In this document: positions 22,569 to 64,000 of the stretch, one piece after another
Layout: every line of letters begins with the position of its first letter
Position numbering within the stretch: the stretch's first letter is position 1
Assembly (NCBI RefSeq): GCF_006345805.1
Contig: NC_043003.1
Span: forward strand, 70,742,001 to 70,806,000
DNA length: 64,000 nucleotides
Reading direction: 5' to 3'
From: Octopus sinensis
Lineage: Eukaryota
Program-made: the position numbers and the translations under genes
Notes under the pieces: model-generated
Told to the model about the DNA's origin: nothing
What the model saw: only the letters and a program-made list of their open reading frames with translations
Databases searched by the model: none

Positions 22569-25500
22569 AGATACATACCGACGATGAATCAGATGACGAT
22601 ACACATGCACTCGAAATGATCACTGCAAATAATTCCCGCGTGCACAAAATCGAAAAGTTCAAGACTCCAAAAGACATTTGGACGGTCGAACTAAAAGTGA
22701 ACAACTCGAATGTAACATTCAAATAGATACAGGAGCAGACGTAACCGTACTGCCATTCAGAGAATATAGAAATATAATTCCAAAACCACAACTGCAAAAA
22801 ACTTCAACTCGATTATCAGCTTATAATAACACAGCTATAAAAGTGCTAGGAAATGCACAGCAGTCATTAAATACAAAGAATTATCAAAGCAAATAAAATT
22901 CATTGTTGCAAAAACAAACTCGCACGCAGTTATAGATGCAAAGACAGCTAAAGATCTGAACCTGATTCAGAGAATTTCAAAATAAATTCGTCGAACACAA
23001 ACGACATATTAGAAAAATATGAAGACTGTTTCGGAGAAATCGGCACTTTGTCAATAACACATCATATCACAGTGGATCCACAAATAACTCCTGTAATTCA
23101 TCCACCAAGATCGGTTCCTTTTTCTATAAAAGAAAAACTCAACAAAGAATTAAAAAGAATGACAGAATTAGATATCATAAAACCTGTTAGTGAACCTACA
23201 GACTGGGTAAATTCCCTAGTCATCGTTGAAAAAGCGAACGGAAAACTCCGACTCTGTTTAGACCCCAAGAATCTAAACAAAGCCATAAAAAGGCAACATT
23301 TCAAACTCCCTACAGCGGAGGACATTTTTGCACAAATGCATAACCCTAAATATTTTTCAAAACTCGATGCATCTAATGGATACTGGCAAATTCCAGTTGA
23401 CGAAGAAAGCTCCCATCTTTTAACGTTCAACACACCTTTTGGAAGGTATCGCTTCACACGACTACCCTTTGGAATTCACAGCGCCAGTGAAGTTTTCCAA
23501 AAAGAATTTTCAAAAATAATAGAGGGCATAGAAGGAGCAAGAAATTCACAGGATGACATCATAATCTGGTCCAACACTTTAGAAGAACACACAAATAGAC
23601 TACAACAAGTTTTCGATCGAATCCGAAAGCACGGATTAAAGTTAAATAAATCAAAGTGTATCTTCTATGAATCACAAATCAAGTACCTTGGGCATATATT
23701 AACCAGCGAAGGGATAAAACAAGATCCAACCAAAGTACAAGCAATCATTCACATGCCACTGCCAACAAGTAAAAAAAATTACAAAGATTCCTAGGTATGA
23801 CAAATTACCTATGTAAATTTTTATCTAATTACTCCGAAGTCACAGCACCATTGCGCCAGCTTCTACAGAGTGACACGTTATGGTCATTCGACAAACCACA
23901 AATCGAAGCAATAAAAAAGCTAAAAGAAATGATTACCAGAAAACCAGTGCTACAATTTTATGATCCAGATCTACCAATAAAAATAACTACAGATGCTTGT
24001 AAGCATGGGCTCGGAGCGATACTTGAGCAGAAACACAACGAAAGATGGCTACCTGTTTCGTTTGCATCTCGTGCAACAACTCAAGCGGAACAAAACTACT
24101 GTCCGATAGAGAGCGAAGCTCTCAGTATAGTTTTCGCATGCAAGAAATTTCATCAGTTTACATACGGAACTCATTTCAGAATCGAAAATGACCATAAACC
24201 GTTGAAGCAATATTCAAAAAATCGATCACTAAATGCCCCCCCCAGAATCCAAAGATTTCTACTAACATTACAAAGATATGATTTTGACCTAAACCACATA
24301 CCTGGTAAAGAATCAATTGTTGCAGACACCCTATCACGTGCATACCTTGAGCAAAATACTCCAGAAGTATCAGACGAAGATATGAAATCGCACATTCATG
24401 CAGTAATAAAAATTACCCCATAACCGACACTAAATTAAAAGAGTATAAAGAAGCCACTGCAGACGACCCGTCTCTACAGACACTCGTCACATATACAAGA
24501 ACAGAATGGCCCCCAAAAGACAAAATACCAATAAACATCAAACCATTCGTATCTGTTCGTGATGAAATATCAATCGTCAATGGTCTCGTTCTAAAAGGTT
24601 CAAGAATAATTGTACCTAAGTCATTACGTAGAGAAGCTCTACAGGAAATACATACCGGACACATGGGTATCGAAAAATGCATAGAGAGAGCGAAGGAATG
24701 TATATACTGGCCCGGCATTAACGCTCAAATCAAAGACATGATTAACACATGCTCATACTGCATTGACTACAAAAATCAACTAATAAATCATGAAATACCT
24801 ACTACACCATGGACCAAAGTGGGTACAGACGTATTTCACCTGTCTGGAAATTCGTATGTCACAATTATTGACTATACAACAAGATTTTTTGATCTACACG
24901 AAATAAATGATTGCCAGTCAAAAACCGTAATCAAAAAATTAAAAGAAACTTTTGCTAAATTCGGAATTCCGCAAACAGTTATAAGTGACAACGGTCCAGA
25001 ATTCAATTCGGCTGAATTCAAAAAATTTGCAAAAAATTGGCATTTTCATCACACGAAGACAAGCCCGCATTATCATCAAGCGAATGGCATGGTTGAGAGA
25101 AATATACAGACAATAAAAAAGACGCTAAAAAAGGCATTCAAAAGTGACGAAGAACCTCAGTTAGCTCTTAGCAATACGCACGACTAAATTACAAAATGGT
25201 GCACCATCCCCTGCAAATCAAATAATGAATAGAACATTGCGAACAAATCTCCCAACATACTACACGACAAAATTGGTATCAGGCCTCACGAAAAGAAGAA
25301 ATCAAACATTACAACAGAACTCCCAGAGTTAAAACCACACGACACGGTTAGAATTAAGTTTAACAACAATTGGTTTAGAAGGGGCAAAATAATTAAAAAA
25401 CTAGAGCAACCTCGTTCATACTTAGTAATAACAGAGGAAGGAAATACAGTCAAACGAATAGACAACATATTCTTAAAACAAACGAACACGTTCGCATAAC
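22569..25500 (+). CDS. pol: Gypsy pol (protease, RT, RNase H, integrase), several frameshifts as assembled
   Basis: PR IDTGADVTVLP; RT LCLDPKNLN, FSKLDASNGYWQ, LPFG, SQDD; RH TDACKHGLGAIL, NYCPIESEAL, NDHKPL; IN HTGHMG..C..C, GTDVF, SDNGPEF, QANGMVER. Confidence 0.93.
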
Positions 25501-25649
25501 AGAAGAATTAGATTATGAAAATATATTTCCAAAGTCAACAAACACGCAAAAAAACAAAAACAGCACAACTACAGAATTCAACACTACAAAATAATAAAAC
25601 CACAAAAAGTGGACGACGAATAATTATTCCCTGTAGATACAGATGATAT

Positions 25650-25673
25650 AAAAAAAAAAAAAAAAAAGGAAGA
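25650..25673 (+). promoter_or_regulatory. Polypurine tract of Gypsy element
   Basis: A-run plus GGAAGA directly abutting the TG of the 3' LTR. Confidence 0.85.
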
Positions 25674-25917
25674 TGTTATATAATCATCGCCGATGTTATA
25701 TAAGATGTTATATAATCGTCGCCCATTGTCTCCCTTGATAAAAGGACTTTCATTTGTTTCCCGCCAAAACAATTAACTTGTACAACAACGGCAGTCGAAT
25801 AAAGTATCTCGTATCGTTAACACGTTGTTTCAGTCTCTCTCATTTTCTTAATCTTTCATACTAAGTACTCACTACTTCCTTTAATACTCAATACATTATA
25901 TATATATAACAACAACA
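25674..25917 (+). repeat. 3' LTR of Gypsy element (244 bp)
   Basis: Matches the 5' LTR except for a replaced segment (25689-25716) and one 1-nt indel; preceded by the purine tract 25650-25673. Confidence 0.95.
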
Positions 25918-26760
25918 ACCATCACCACCATCATCATCATCATCTTTATCACACTCATTCTTCCTCTCCCGTCCTCTCTTCATCATCATCATCATCATCA
26001 ATATCTTGACACATTCCAAATAACCAGTGGTGCAACTGGTAGCTATTTTATTTGATTTATTGAATCCGAAGGGATGAAAGGCAAATTCGACATCAGCGGA
26101 ATTTGAACGCAAAACGTAAACACAGAAGAAATTCCGCTAAGCATTTCGCCCGGCGTGCTAACGATTCTGCAAGCTCGCCGCCTTCAGTATAACTAAAATA
26201 ATAAAAGATTACTTCACTCCAGTGAGACCGAGTTCTAGCCTCAAAGAATAGCGATAACTCGGCAAAGTATCCTGACGGTCAATGACTCGAAAGAGTTATC
26301 CCCCTTACATTAATTTACTTCCAAATATTTTCATCTGAATCCTAGTAACAAAACGTAGTGTTCATACATATATACAAACATATATAAATGTATGTATGTA
26401 TGTATGTATGTATGTACACACACACACAAAGATAAATTGTGTGGGCAAGCCTGGTACTTGTTCTATCAGTTTCTTCTTGTGAAACCAGAAAGTTATGGGG
26501 ATGTAAATAAACGAACACCAGTTGTGAGGCAGTGATGAGGGAGAAACACAAAGACACACACACACAGACTTACATATATACATACGATTGATTTCTTTCA
26601 GTTTCTGTCTACAAAATCCACTGACAAGGCTTTGGTTGGTCTGAGGCTATAGCAGAAGACACATTGCAAGTTACCACAGTGGGACTGAACTTAAAGTGAA
26701 AGTATCTGACATTACAATAAAGAGATGTTTTTGTTTCACTTTTAACACGCAATACTGAAA

Positions 26761-27098
26761 TAGTGGAGAAGATATGATATTGTTGTGGGCTCGCCATAGG
26801 CAAGAAGTTAGAAGTTTTTTTGCCCGCGACACTCCCTGGACCCTAAATAAGGCATGTGTAAAATTTGAATGAAATTGGTGTGTAGTTCTTAAGTTTTAGG
26901 GATTCATAGTGGAGAAGATATGATATTACTGTGGGCTCGCCCTAGGCAAAAAGTTAAAAAAATTTTTGCCCATTACACTCCCTGGACCCTATGTAAGGCA
27001 TGTGTAAAATTTGAATGGAATTGGTTGTGTAGTTCTGAAAGTTTTAGGGAAACACACAGACAGACACACACACACATTCTCAGATTTATATATATAGA
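26761..27098 (-). mobile_element. Helitron-like non-autonomous element containing two 146-bp tandem units
   Basis: Units start at 26761 and 26907 (TAGTGGAGAAGATATGATATT...); the end ...ACAGACACAC...TTTATATATATAGA resembles the 5' end of the Helitrons at 8491 and 11667; no CTAG end seen. Confidence 0.5.
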
Positions 27099-27217
27099 TA
27101 TATACCCAGCCTTATTCTTCATTTCTTTTTATTAGCGGGTAGCCACAACGAGACACACATCAGGCACTCCATTAATTTCCCAGCTCAAAGAGGCGAGCCC
27201 CGTCCTATACTCGAGTC

Positions 27218-27457
27218 GGCGAGCTGGCAGAATCCTTAGCACGTCGGGCGAAATGCTTAGCGGAATTTCGTCTGCCGTTACGTTCTGAGTTCGAATTCCG
27301 CAGAGGTCGACTTTGCCTTTCATCCTTTCGGGGTCGATAAATTAAGTACCAGTTACGCACTGGAGTCGATATAATCGACTTAATCCGTTTGTCTGTCCTT
27401 GTTTGTCTCCTCTGTGTTTAGCCCCTTGTGGGTAGTAAAAAGAAAAAGAAAAAAATA
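27218..27457 (+). mobile_element. tRNA-derived SINE family B
   Basis: GGCGAGCTGGCAGAATC...GAGTTCGAATTCCGCAGAGGTCGACTTTGCCTTTCATCCTTTCGGGGTCGATAAA; A-rich tail. Other copies at ~7183-7382(-), 26020-26205(-), 30748-30935(+), 41245-41455(+), 43740-43930(+), 48420-48635(+), 52722-52925(+). Confidence 0.8.
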
Positions 27458-28442
27458 GTTATAGAACGGAATCATTGATATCAGCAGCTGGACCCGACAG
27501 CATATGCCGGTGTACCTCCGCCGCATCATGCTGGTTCCGTACCCGTTTGAGCAATATCAATTCACTAATCCGTCCACAAACACTCTCCAAGCTTGTATAT
27601 CTACGTAGCAGATATACAAACAGTGGAAATTTAACGATGGACAGCCTTAATCGATTTTCGAACCTTATTGGGTTTTCATTAGGAGTGTCTAAATCACTTA
27701 AATAATGACACCCACTCACACACACGTGCGTGTTTGTCGGTGAGAAAGCGTTAAGGTAGGGACATAAACAATGAACACCGGTAAAACAGATAGCGAGCTA
27801 CACATACATACATATATATGTATGTCTGTATGTATATATATTTAAGTGTGCATGTGTGTTTGTTTGTGTCTATACATGTATGAATACGTATACAGCCCAG
27901 CATTTTGTCTTAAAACTTTAGTTCAAATTATTGCTTATGATGTAAATACTCTCGACTGTAGAAATAGGGAGTTACCTCCCTTTGTTACTAATAAACTTTT
28001 TTTTTAATAATTTAACATGTATGCCTGAACGAAAGATTATAATGTGATAGAGAGAACAAAACCGAAAAACTCAGAATATAAATAAAATTATGAATGCCAT
28101 TAAGTAATCATTATTGTATAATTTTTTCAAAAATGATATTTATTAGGCCGTAAGAGCAAAGAGGAAAGAAAATACAATTTGATCACGTGCTCTCGCTATT
28201 AACCAATTGGAAGCCGCGTAGGAGAAGCGTCCTTCTGTGAAGAATCTGCTAGGTCAGGTGACAATATTTTTTTTTTTGGTTATTTATTTATTTGTACGGA
28301 AGAAGCAAAAGAAAAGGGAAAAAAAAGAACATCGAGAGGAGTGAATGGTTTCGGTCGAAGGATATTTCCCGTTACAACAACAGTGTTGGTTATTTGTGGT
28401 GGAATTATCGAGCTTATCTGATTATTCAATAACACAACCATC

Positions 28443-58852
<30,410 letters not shown>

Positions 58853-60279
58853 TAAAGACTAGACAAGAATATATTTGCAAGATGTTGTTGTTGTTGTTGT
58901 TTGTGATTGAAATTTCTGTCCAGTCACCAGGGACAACATGTCACTTACCAAATTATTGATACTCCAAATATTTTTTTTTTTTTAAACAAATTATAAACCT
59001 TTTGCCCAGTGAAAAACCCATTGTCTTTAACAGAACACAAACGGGTCCCAAACCACTTGGTCCACATGTTAAATTGTCTTCTAGTCTTCGTCTTTGTTCA
59101 TCTTTGTTTTATTTGCTAACAAAATAATAATAATAATAACAATAATTAAAATTATGACTAATTAATTTGTATTATGTGAATTCTTACTTGCAGTAAGATA
59201 AACTGACCAAGATTTCATCTGCAAAGCTCCTTCACCTGAAGAATATCTTTCTAACAACCATCTATTCTAATCATGCTCAAGATTTTAGTTTCCCAACTTT
59301 CTAAAAATATTCTCATTTAAATTAAATAAAATCATGGTTTATTGTATTATGGTCAGAATTAGATCTTTTCTTTTAATTGTTTTTGTTTTTGAGATGGACA
59401 ATACATATTTTTTTTTTTGCATCCATATATTATTTTTTAAATTAAAACAAATTCATAATATTGAAGAAGTTGTTTTTGTTTTTATTTAAAGTTGTCCTGG
59501 GTGAAAAGATTTTATAAACCTTTTACTTCTGTTATGAGAAGCATTTAATAGGACATTTTGTATGGTAGCATGTTATTTTCAGTTTCTTTTATTTCTGCCA
59601 TACACACATGCTCACACACACACACTACATTTTCCTCTGCCTGCCACTCGTCTGTCACATTTCCACAACCTTACCTCCCACCCATACCACTTCTCTTTTT
59701 CATTCATATTCTTGTAACTCGAGGATGTGCCCTGAAACATCTTCACCACTATCTTTTCTCTTCTCCAACTGGGGTAATTATGTATCTTTTCTACTGTAAG
59801 ACACCTGTTCCCATCCCTCTATCATACTTCAACCTCGCAACATCTCGCTCAATACTACTCAATACTACTCCCCTCACTGTTGAGGGGTCTTTCAAGTTAA
59901 AAACCTCACTAGTGCTGGTGTCACATAAAAAGTACCCACTACACTCTATAAAGTGGTTAGGTGTCAGGAAAGGCATCAAGCTGTAGAAAGTATGCTAAAG
60001 CAGAGACTGGGGCTTGGCCCCTAGTCCTCAAGCTTGTCAGCTCCTGCCAACCTATCCAATCCATGCCAGCATTGGAAACATCTGATTAAATAGTTCCTTT
60101 CCCAGCCACGTGTCTTGTGTTCAGGCTCACTATACAACTATACCCTGGACAAATGTCTCCTATAGCATTTAGCCAAAGTTTTGTAAGTGAATTTGGATGA
60201 CAGAAACTGAACAATGTCCATCATACATACATGAAGGACGTTATCACTCATAAGTCACGCTAAGAGCCCACACTCAGTT

Positions 60280-60900
60280 GTAACTATTGAGACCCTGAAG
60301 CTTGCTCACTTACAATTGTTTATGAAACCAAATTTACTGCAGTGCTCCAAAACAACAATTGAGAAGAAAAATGACATCAGTATATGCGAAGGCAATTTTA
60401 AAAGCTGTTATGCAAACTAACAGTCTTCTTTCCAACACATTGATAAAAATAAAGCCACTACATTTGCTAACCACATATGGAATCTGAAGACTAACTGTAC
60501 ACCACACATGATCAAGTGGAGAAATCTACATATGTAAATGGACCGAAGAGGTGAAAGTCATGTGTAGCTGAAAGATCACACATACTTTTTAGGTCCAAGA
60601 ATTCTACCATACTACTTTATTCCAGATCTGAAATTTTTAGCAAATGCAAGCATGTTGACAAATTTCTTTTGTGAAACTGGAGGATACCATCTGCTCCAGA
60701 TTGAGAAGCTATCTCACAGAGTTTCTCCTTTCTGTTATATAAATTCTACACCAGTTATATTAATTATAGTTTCTACAGTCAAAGAGGATGAAGATCTTGA
60801 TTTTCTTAGTTTGCTTTTCTTTCTTCTCATTCCATTTTTGTATCAACCTTCATTGTGTTCTGTCTTCTCATTTTTCCTCACAGATCACCGTCCTGGTTTT
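60280..60900 (+). mobile_element. Penelope-like element remnant (GIY-YIG endonuclease C-terminus and 3' region)
   Basis: Degenerate translation IVYETK...ICEGNFKSCYAN.QSSFQH..K..TTFANHIWNLK...IKW...YVNGPKR.KSCVAE...SRSEIFSKCKH..KF matches PLE endonuclease C-termini; contains stops and frameshifts. Confidence 0.75.
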
Positions 60901-61754
60901 TAGATACATTTAACATTATGCACTAGGCCTGAAAGATTGCTTGGAAATACATAGCACGTTATATAAATCTGCCAAATTAATGTATCTTAAAAGCATGAAA
61001 CTATGAGTAAATCTTTTGTAATTGTGTATATTAAACGAGATACAATATAATATAAAAATGTGTGTGTTTGTGCCAGCATGTAACATTGATGTTGAGTGAT
61101 GAGTATGAAGTGTAGAAGTATGTGTGTGATGGCATATGTGTGTGTGTGTGTATGTGTATATAGCAGATACAAAGATACACAGATACACAGGCTTGAAGTT
61201 AGCTGTTCATAGAAAGAGTGTCAAACCATTTGATAAAGAGTAAAGAACTCAAAGTGGCAGATCTGACTGCTTGTCTTTTACTAAAAAAAATTAAGCTCCA
61301 AAGGCATTTTGTCTGAAGGCTTGTCAGGGTCTAAATTAGTAACATGGAATAACTCCTTATACATATATATATGTATGTATATCATCATCATCATTTAACA
61401 TCTGTTTTTCATGCTAGCATGGGTTGGACGGTTTGACTGGGGTCTGGGAAGCCAGGAGGCTACACCAGGCTCCACTCTGATCTGTTTCTACAGCTGGACA
61501 CCCTTCATAATGCCAACCACTCCGAGAGAGTATTGGGTGCTTTTTACGTGCCAGGGGAGGCTGGCAGTGGCCACGATTGATTGGTGCTTATACATACATA
61601 TATATGTATGTATGTATGTATATATATATAAACATAATGTGCTATTACTACCACTTTTCTTTATTAATTAAATTTATGGCTTATTAGCGCAATCAACCAA
61701 CTTCTTCCTGTTGTTTTTCCTCCATTTACTTCTTCCATATATAAACACATATAA

Positions 61755-61790
<36 letters not shown>

Positions 61791-61956
61791 TTATTTCAGT
61801 CATTTGACTGCAGCACTGCCTTTAGTCAAGCAAATCGCCTCCAGGACTTATTCTTTGTAAGCCTAGTACTTATTCTGTCGGTCTCTTTGGCCAAACCGCT
61901 AAGTTACAGGGACATAAACACACCAGCGATGTTGGAGGGGACAAACAGACACACAA

Positions 61957-62008
<52 letters not shown>

Positions 62009-62167
62009 GATGGGCTTTCAATTTCCTTCTACCAAATCCACTCATAAGGCTTCGGTCGGCCTAAGACTATAGTCGAAGACGCTTGCCCAAAGTGCCACGC
62101 AGTGGGACTGAACCAGGAACCATGCGGTTGATAAGCAAGCTACTTACCACACAGACACTCATGCATC

Positions 62168-62337
62168 TATATAATTATATCAAGGAAGCTCAGGTGAAAA
62201 TGACCTTTCCCCAGCATGCTTGAGGTGCCTATGTATATATTTTAGCTGGAGTCTTTGGTAGTTTTTGAAGGTATTGGCACTTCAAGCATGCTGCAGAAAG
62301 GTTGTTTTTGCTCGATCTCCCTTGATATAATTATATA
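62168..62337. mobile_element. Foldback/MITE-like hairpin, ~60-bp arms
   Basis: TATATAATTATATCAAGG...CAGCATGCTTGAGGTGCC versus GGCACTTCAAGCATGCTG...CCTTGATATAATTATATA. Confidence 0.75.
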
Positions 62338-62418
62338 CATATGTACATTATTATTAATTTCTATAGCATGCTGACTAATTAATAAAAATCATTAACATGA
62401 TTTTTATCCTTATATTCT

Positions 62419-62450
<32 letters not shown>

Positions 62451-62933
62451 GCACTCTGCTTTGTATAACATTATTTGATTAATTCTAGCTTGAATAAGCT
62501 TTATGCACATCATTAAATGTTCCGCATACTGTTTTAATTAGAATAATTTTATGTTTCGGAACTGTGAGTGACAAATTTGGTTTTCATATCTTACAAAGCA
62601 GAATGAGGTGGAAACAATTTCGTTCCACGATTCAATGTTGTCATTCACAACTGTCCATCCAAAAAATAGTTTTTTCACAGGTCTGCATGGAGAATATTCC
62701 TCCAGGATTAACTTTGCATCTACCAAGTTCCAAGGCACTTGAATGTGTTAAATATGACTTTACACAAATATATACCTTTCAATGCTGCTTCGTACGATAT
62801 ATATCATATTATATATATTTTTACATGATTTTTTTTACATGTTATGTATGTATAATCATATATTTACATATATAATTTGTCCACATATATATAACATAAA
62901 TAGAATTCTTATAATAAACAATATATATGAATA

Positions 62934-62964
<31 letters not shown>

Positions 62965-62969
<5 letters not shown>

Positions 62970-63360
62970 TCATCATCATCGTTTAACATCTGCTTTCCCT
63001 GCTGCCAGATGGCTGTACCAGGCTCCAATTTGATCTAGCAGAGTTTCTACAGATGGATGCCCTTCATAATGCCAACCACTCTAATAGTGTAGTAGGTGCT
63101 TTTATGTGCCACTGGCACGAGGGCTAGTCTGGTGGTACTGGCAATAGCCATGCTCAAATGGTGATTTTTACATGCCACCTGCACAGGAGCCACTCCAGTG
63201 ACACTGGCGACGACCTCGCTCGAATATTTTTTCATGTGCCCCTGGCACAAGTGCCAGTAGGGCGACGCTGGTAACAATCACGCTTGAATGGTGCCTTTTA
63301 CGTACCACCGGCACAGAAGCTAGTTAGCTGCTCTGGCAATGATCACGCTTGGATAGTGCT
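62965..63360 (-). mobile_element. RTE LINE 3' UTR fragment with subrepeats
   Basis: (CAT)n tail, GGATGCCCTTC..AATGCCAACCAC and four GTGCCACCGGCAC-like units. Confidence 0.8.
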
Positions 63361-64000
63361 CTATTTCTATACAATTGTTTCTTATAAATGGACCAAGATA
63401 TTCATAAACAATGTTGTAATAGTCAAATTTGCACTCCTCAGTAAGTAATATTTAAAGAAAAATAAAAAGACGTTTAACATATTTGTAGGTTTTTTTTTTC
63501 TTAGTTATCATTTTAAGGGATTTATATATTCATTCTTCCAGTCATGCTTATTTGAATCTAGGCTAAAATATAATAGAACTTGGGTGGGCTAATGTTTAAT
63601 TTGGTTTCCTCTCTATGAAATTTAATATATATATATCGATTTGAAACTCCTAAAGAAAAAAGAAATTTTACTGGTCAAACTGTATTTCTAAGTACATTCG
63701 GAATTACCAAATAAGGAGCTATATGTTATTCCCAATTCATAATTAATATTTCTGAACCGTCAACTCTCATTTCGACTAAGAGTTTAAGTAAATAGGTCGT
63801 TGGTACTAGAATGTGAGAATAATTGATAGTTTATATAGTTTTTTTTTTATTTTAATATTTTTTTAATAAATAATAGATCAATCATTTATAGACAAAAATA
63901 GGTGTTAAATGTCGTAATTAATTATTTAACCACAGCTTGATATATTAAAAAAAGGATTTTACGAAATATATACAATATGAGTAAAGATGTATAAAAGGGA

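Larger units (their letters stand above)
21415..25917 (+). mobile_element. Ty3/Gypsy LTR retrotransposon (Mag-like), 4503 bp, TSD ACCAT
   Basis: TG...CA LTRs; 5-bp TSD ACCAT at 21410-21414 and 25918-25922; PBS, PPT and gag-PR-RT-RH-IN order. Confidence 0.97.

Noticed and set aside
27459-27725. ORFs 27459..27725(-) and 27475..27705(+) as a divergent gene
   Set aside because: No recognisable domain or convincing splice sites; truncated by a SINE; may just be promoter-flank sequence.

Overview
Animal nuclear DNA, AT-rich and dense in microsatellites, SINEs, LINEs and MITEs. The repeat landscape looks like an octopod cephalopod (inferred by eye; no database search was possible). One host protein-coding gene can be reconstructed: an 8-exon RagA/B (RRAGA-like) GTPase on the + strand, CDS 28443-58852, 308 aa, all introns GT-AG and in phase. 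There is also an initiator tRNA-Met gene (10724-10795). Two near-complete retrotransposons are present. One is a ~4.8-kb APE-type LINE on the - strand (12633-17415) whose ORF1 has a Myb/SANT-like domain, poly-Q and two CCCH fingers. The other is a 4.5-kb Ty3/Gypsy element (21415-25917) with both LTRs, an ACCAT target-site duplication, a tRNA-Leu-type PBS and a PPT. In both, almost every frameshift is a single-base loss in a short base run, so they may be intact in vivo and damaged only in the assembly. RagA intron 1 holds a 1.85-kb hierarchical TTAGGG-rich satellite (31-bp monomer, 105/117-bp trimer, 1080-bp super-repeat) and an inverted SINE pair whose sense copy contains a minimal hammerhead-ribozyme-like motif. 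Repeats inside the RagA gene body show CpG decay that intergenic copies lack. No CRISPR array, rRNA or prokaryotic features were seen. Most ORFs in the supplied track are microsatellite or antisense artefacts. Coordinates of dispersed repeats are approximate.
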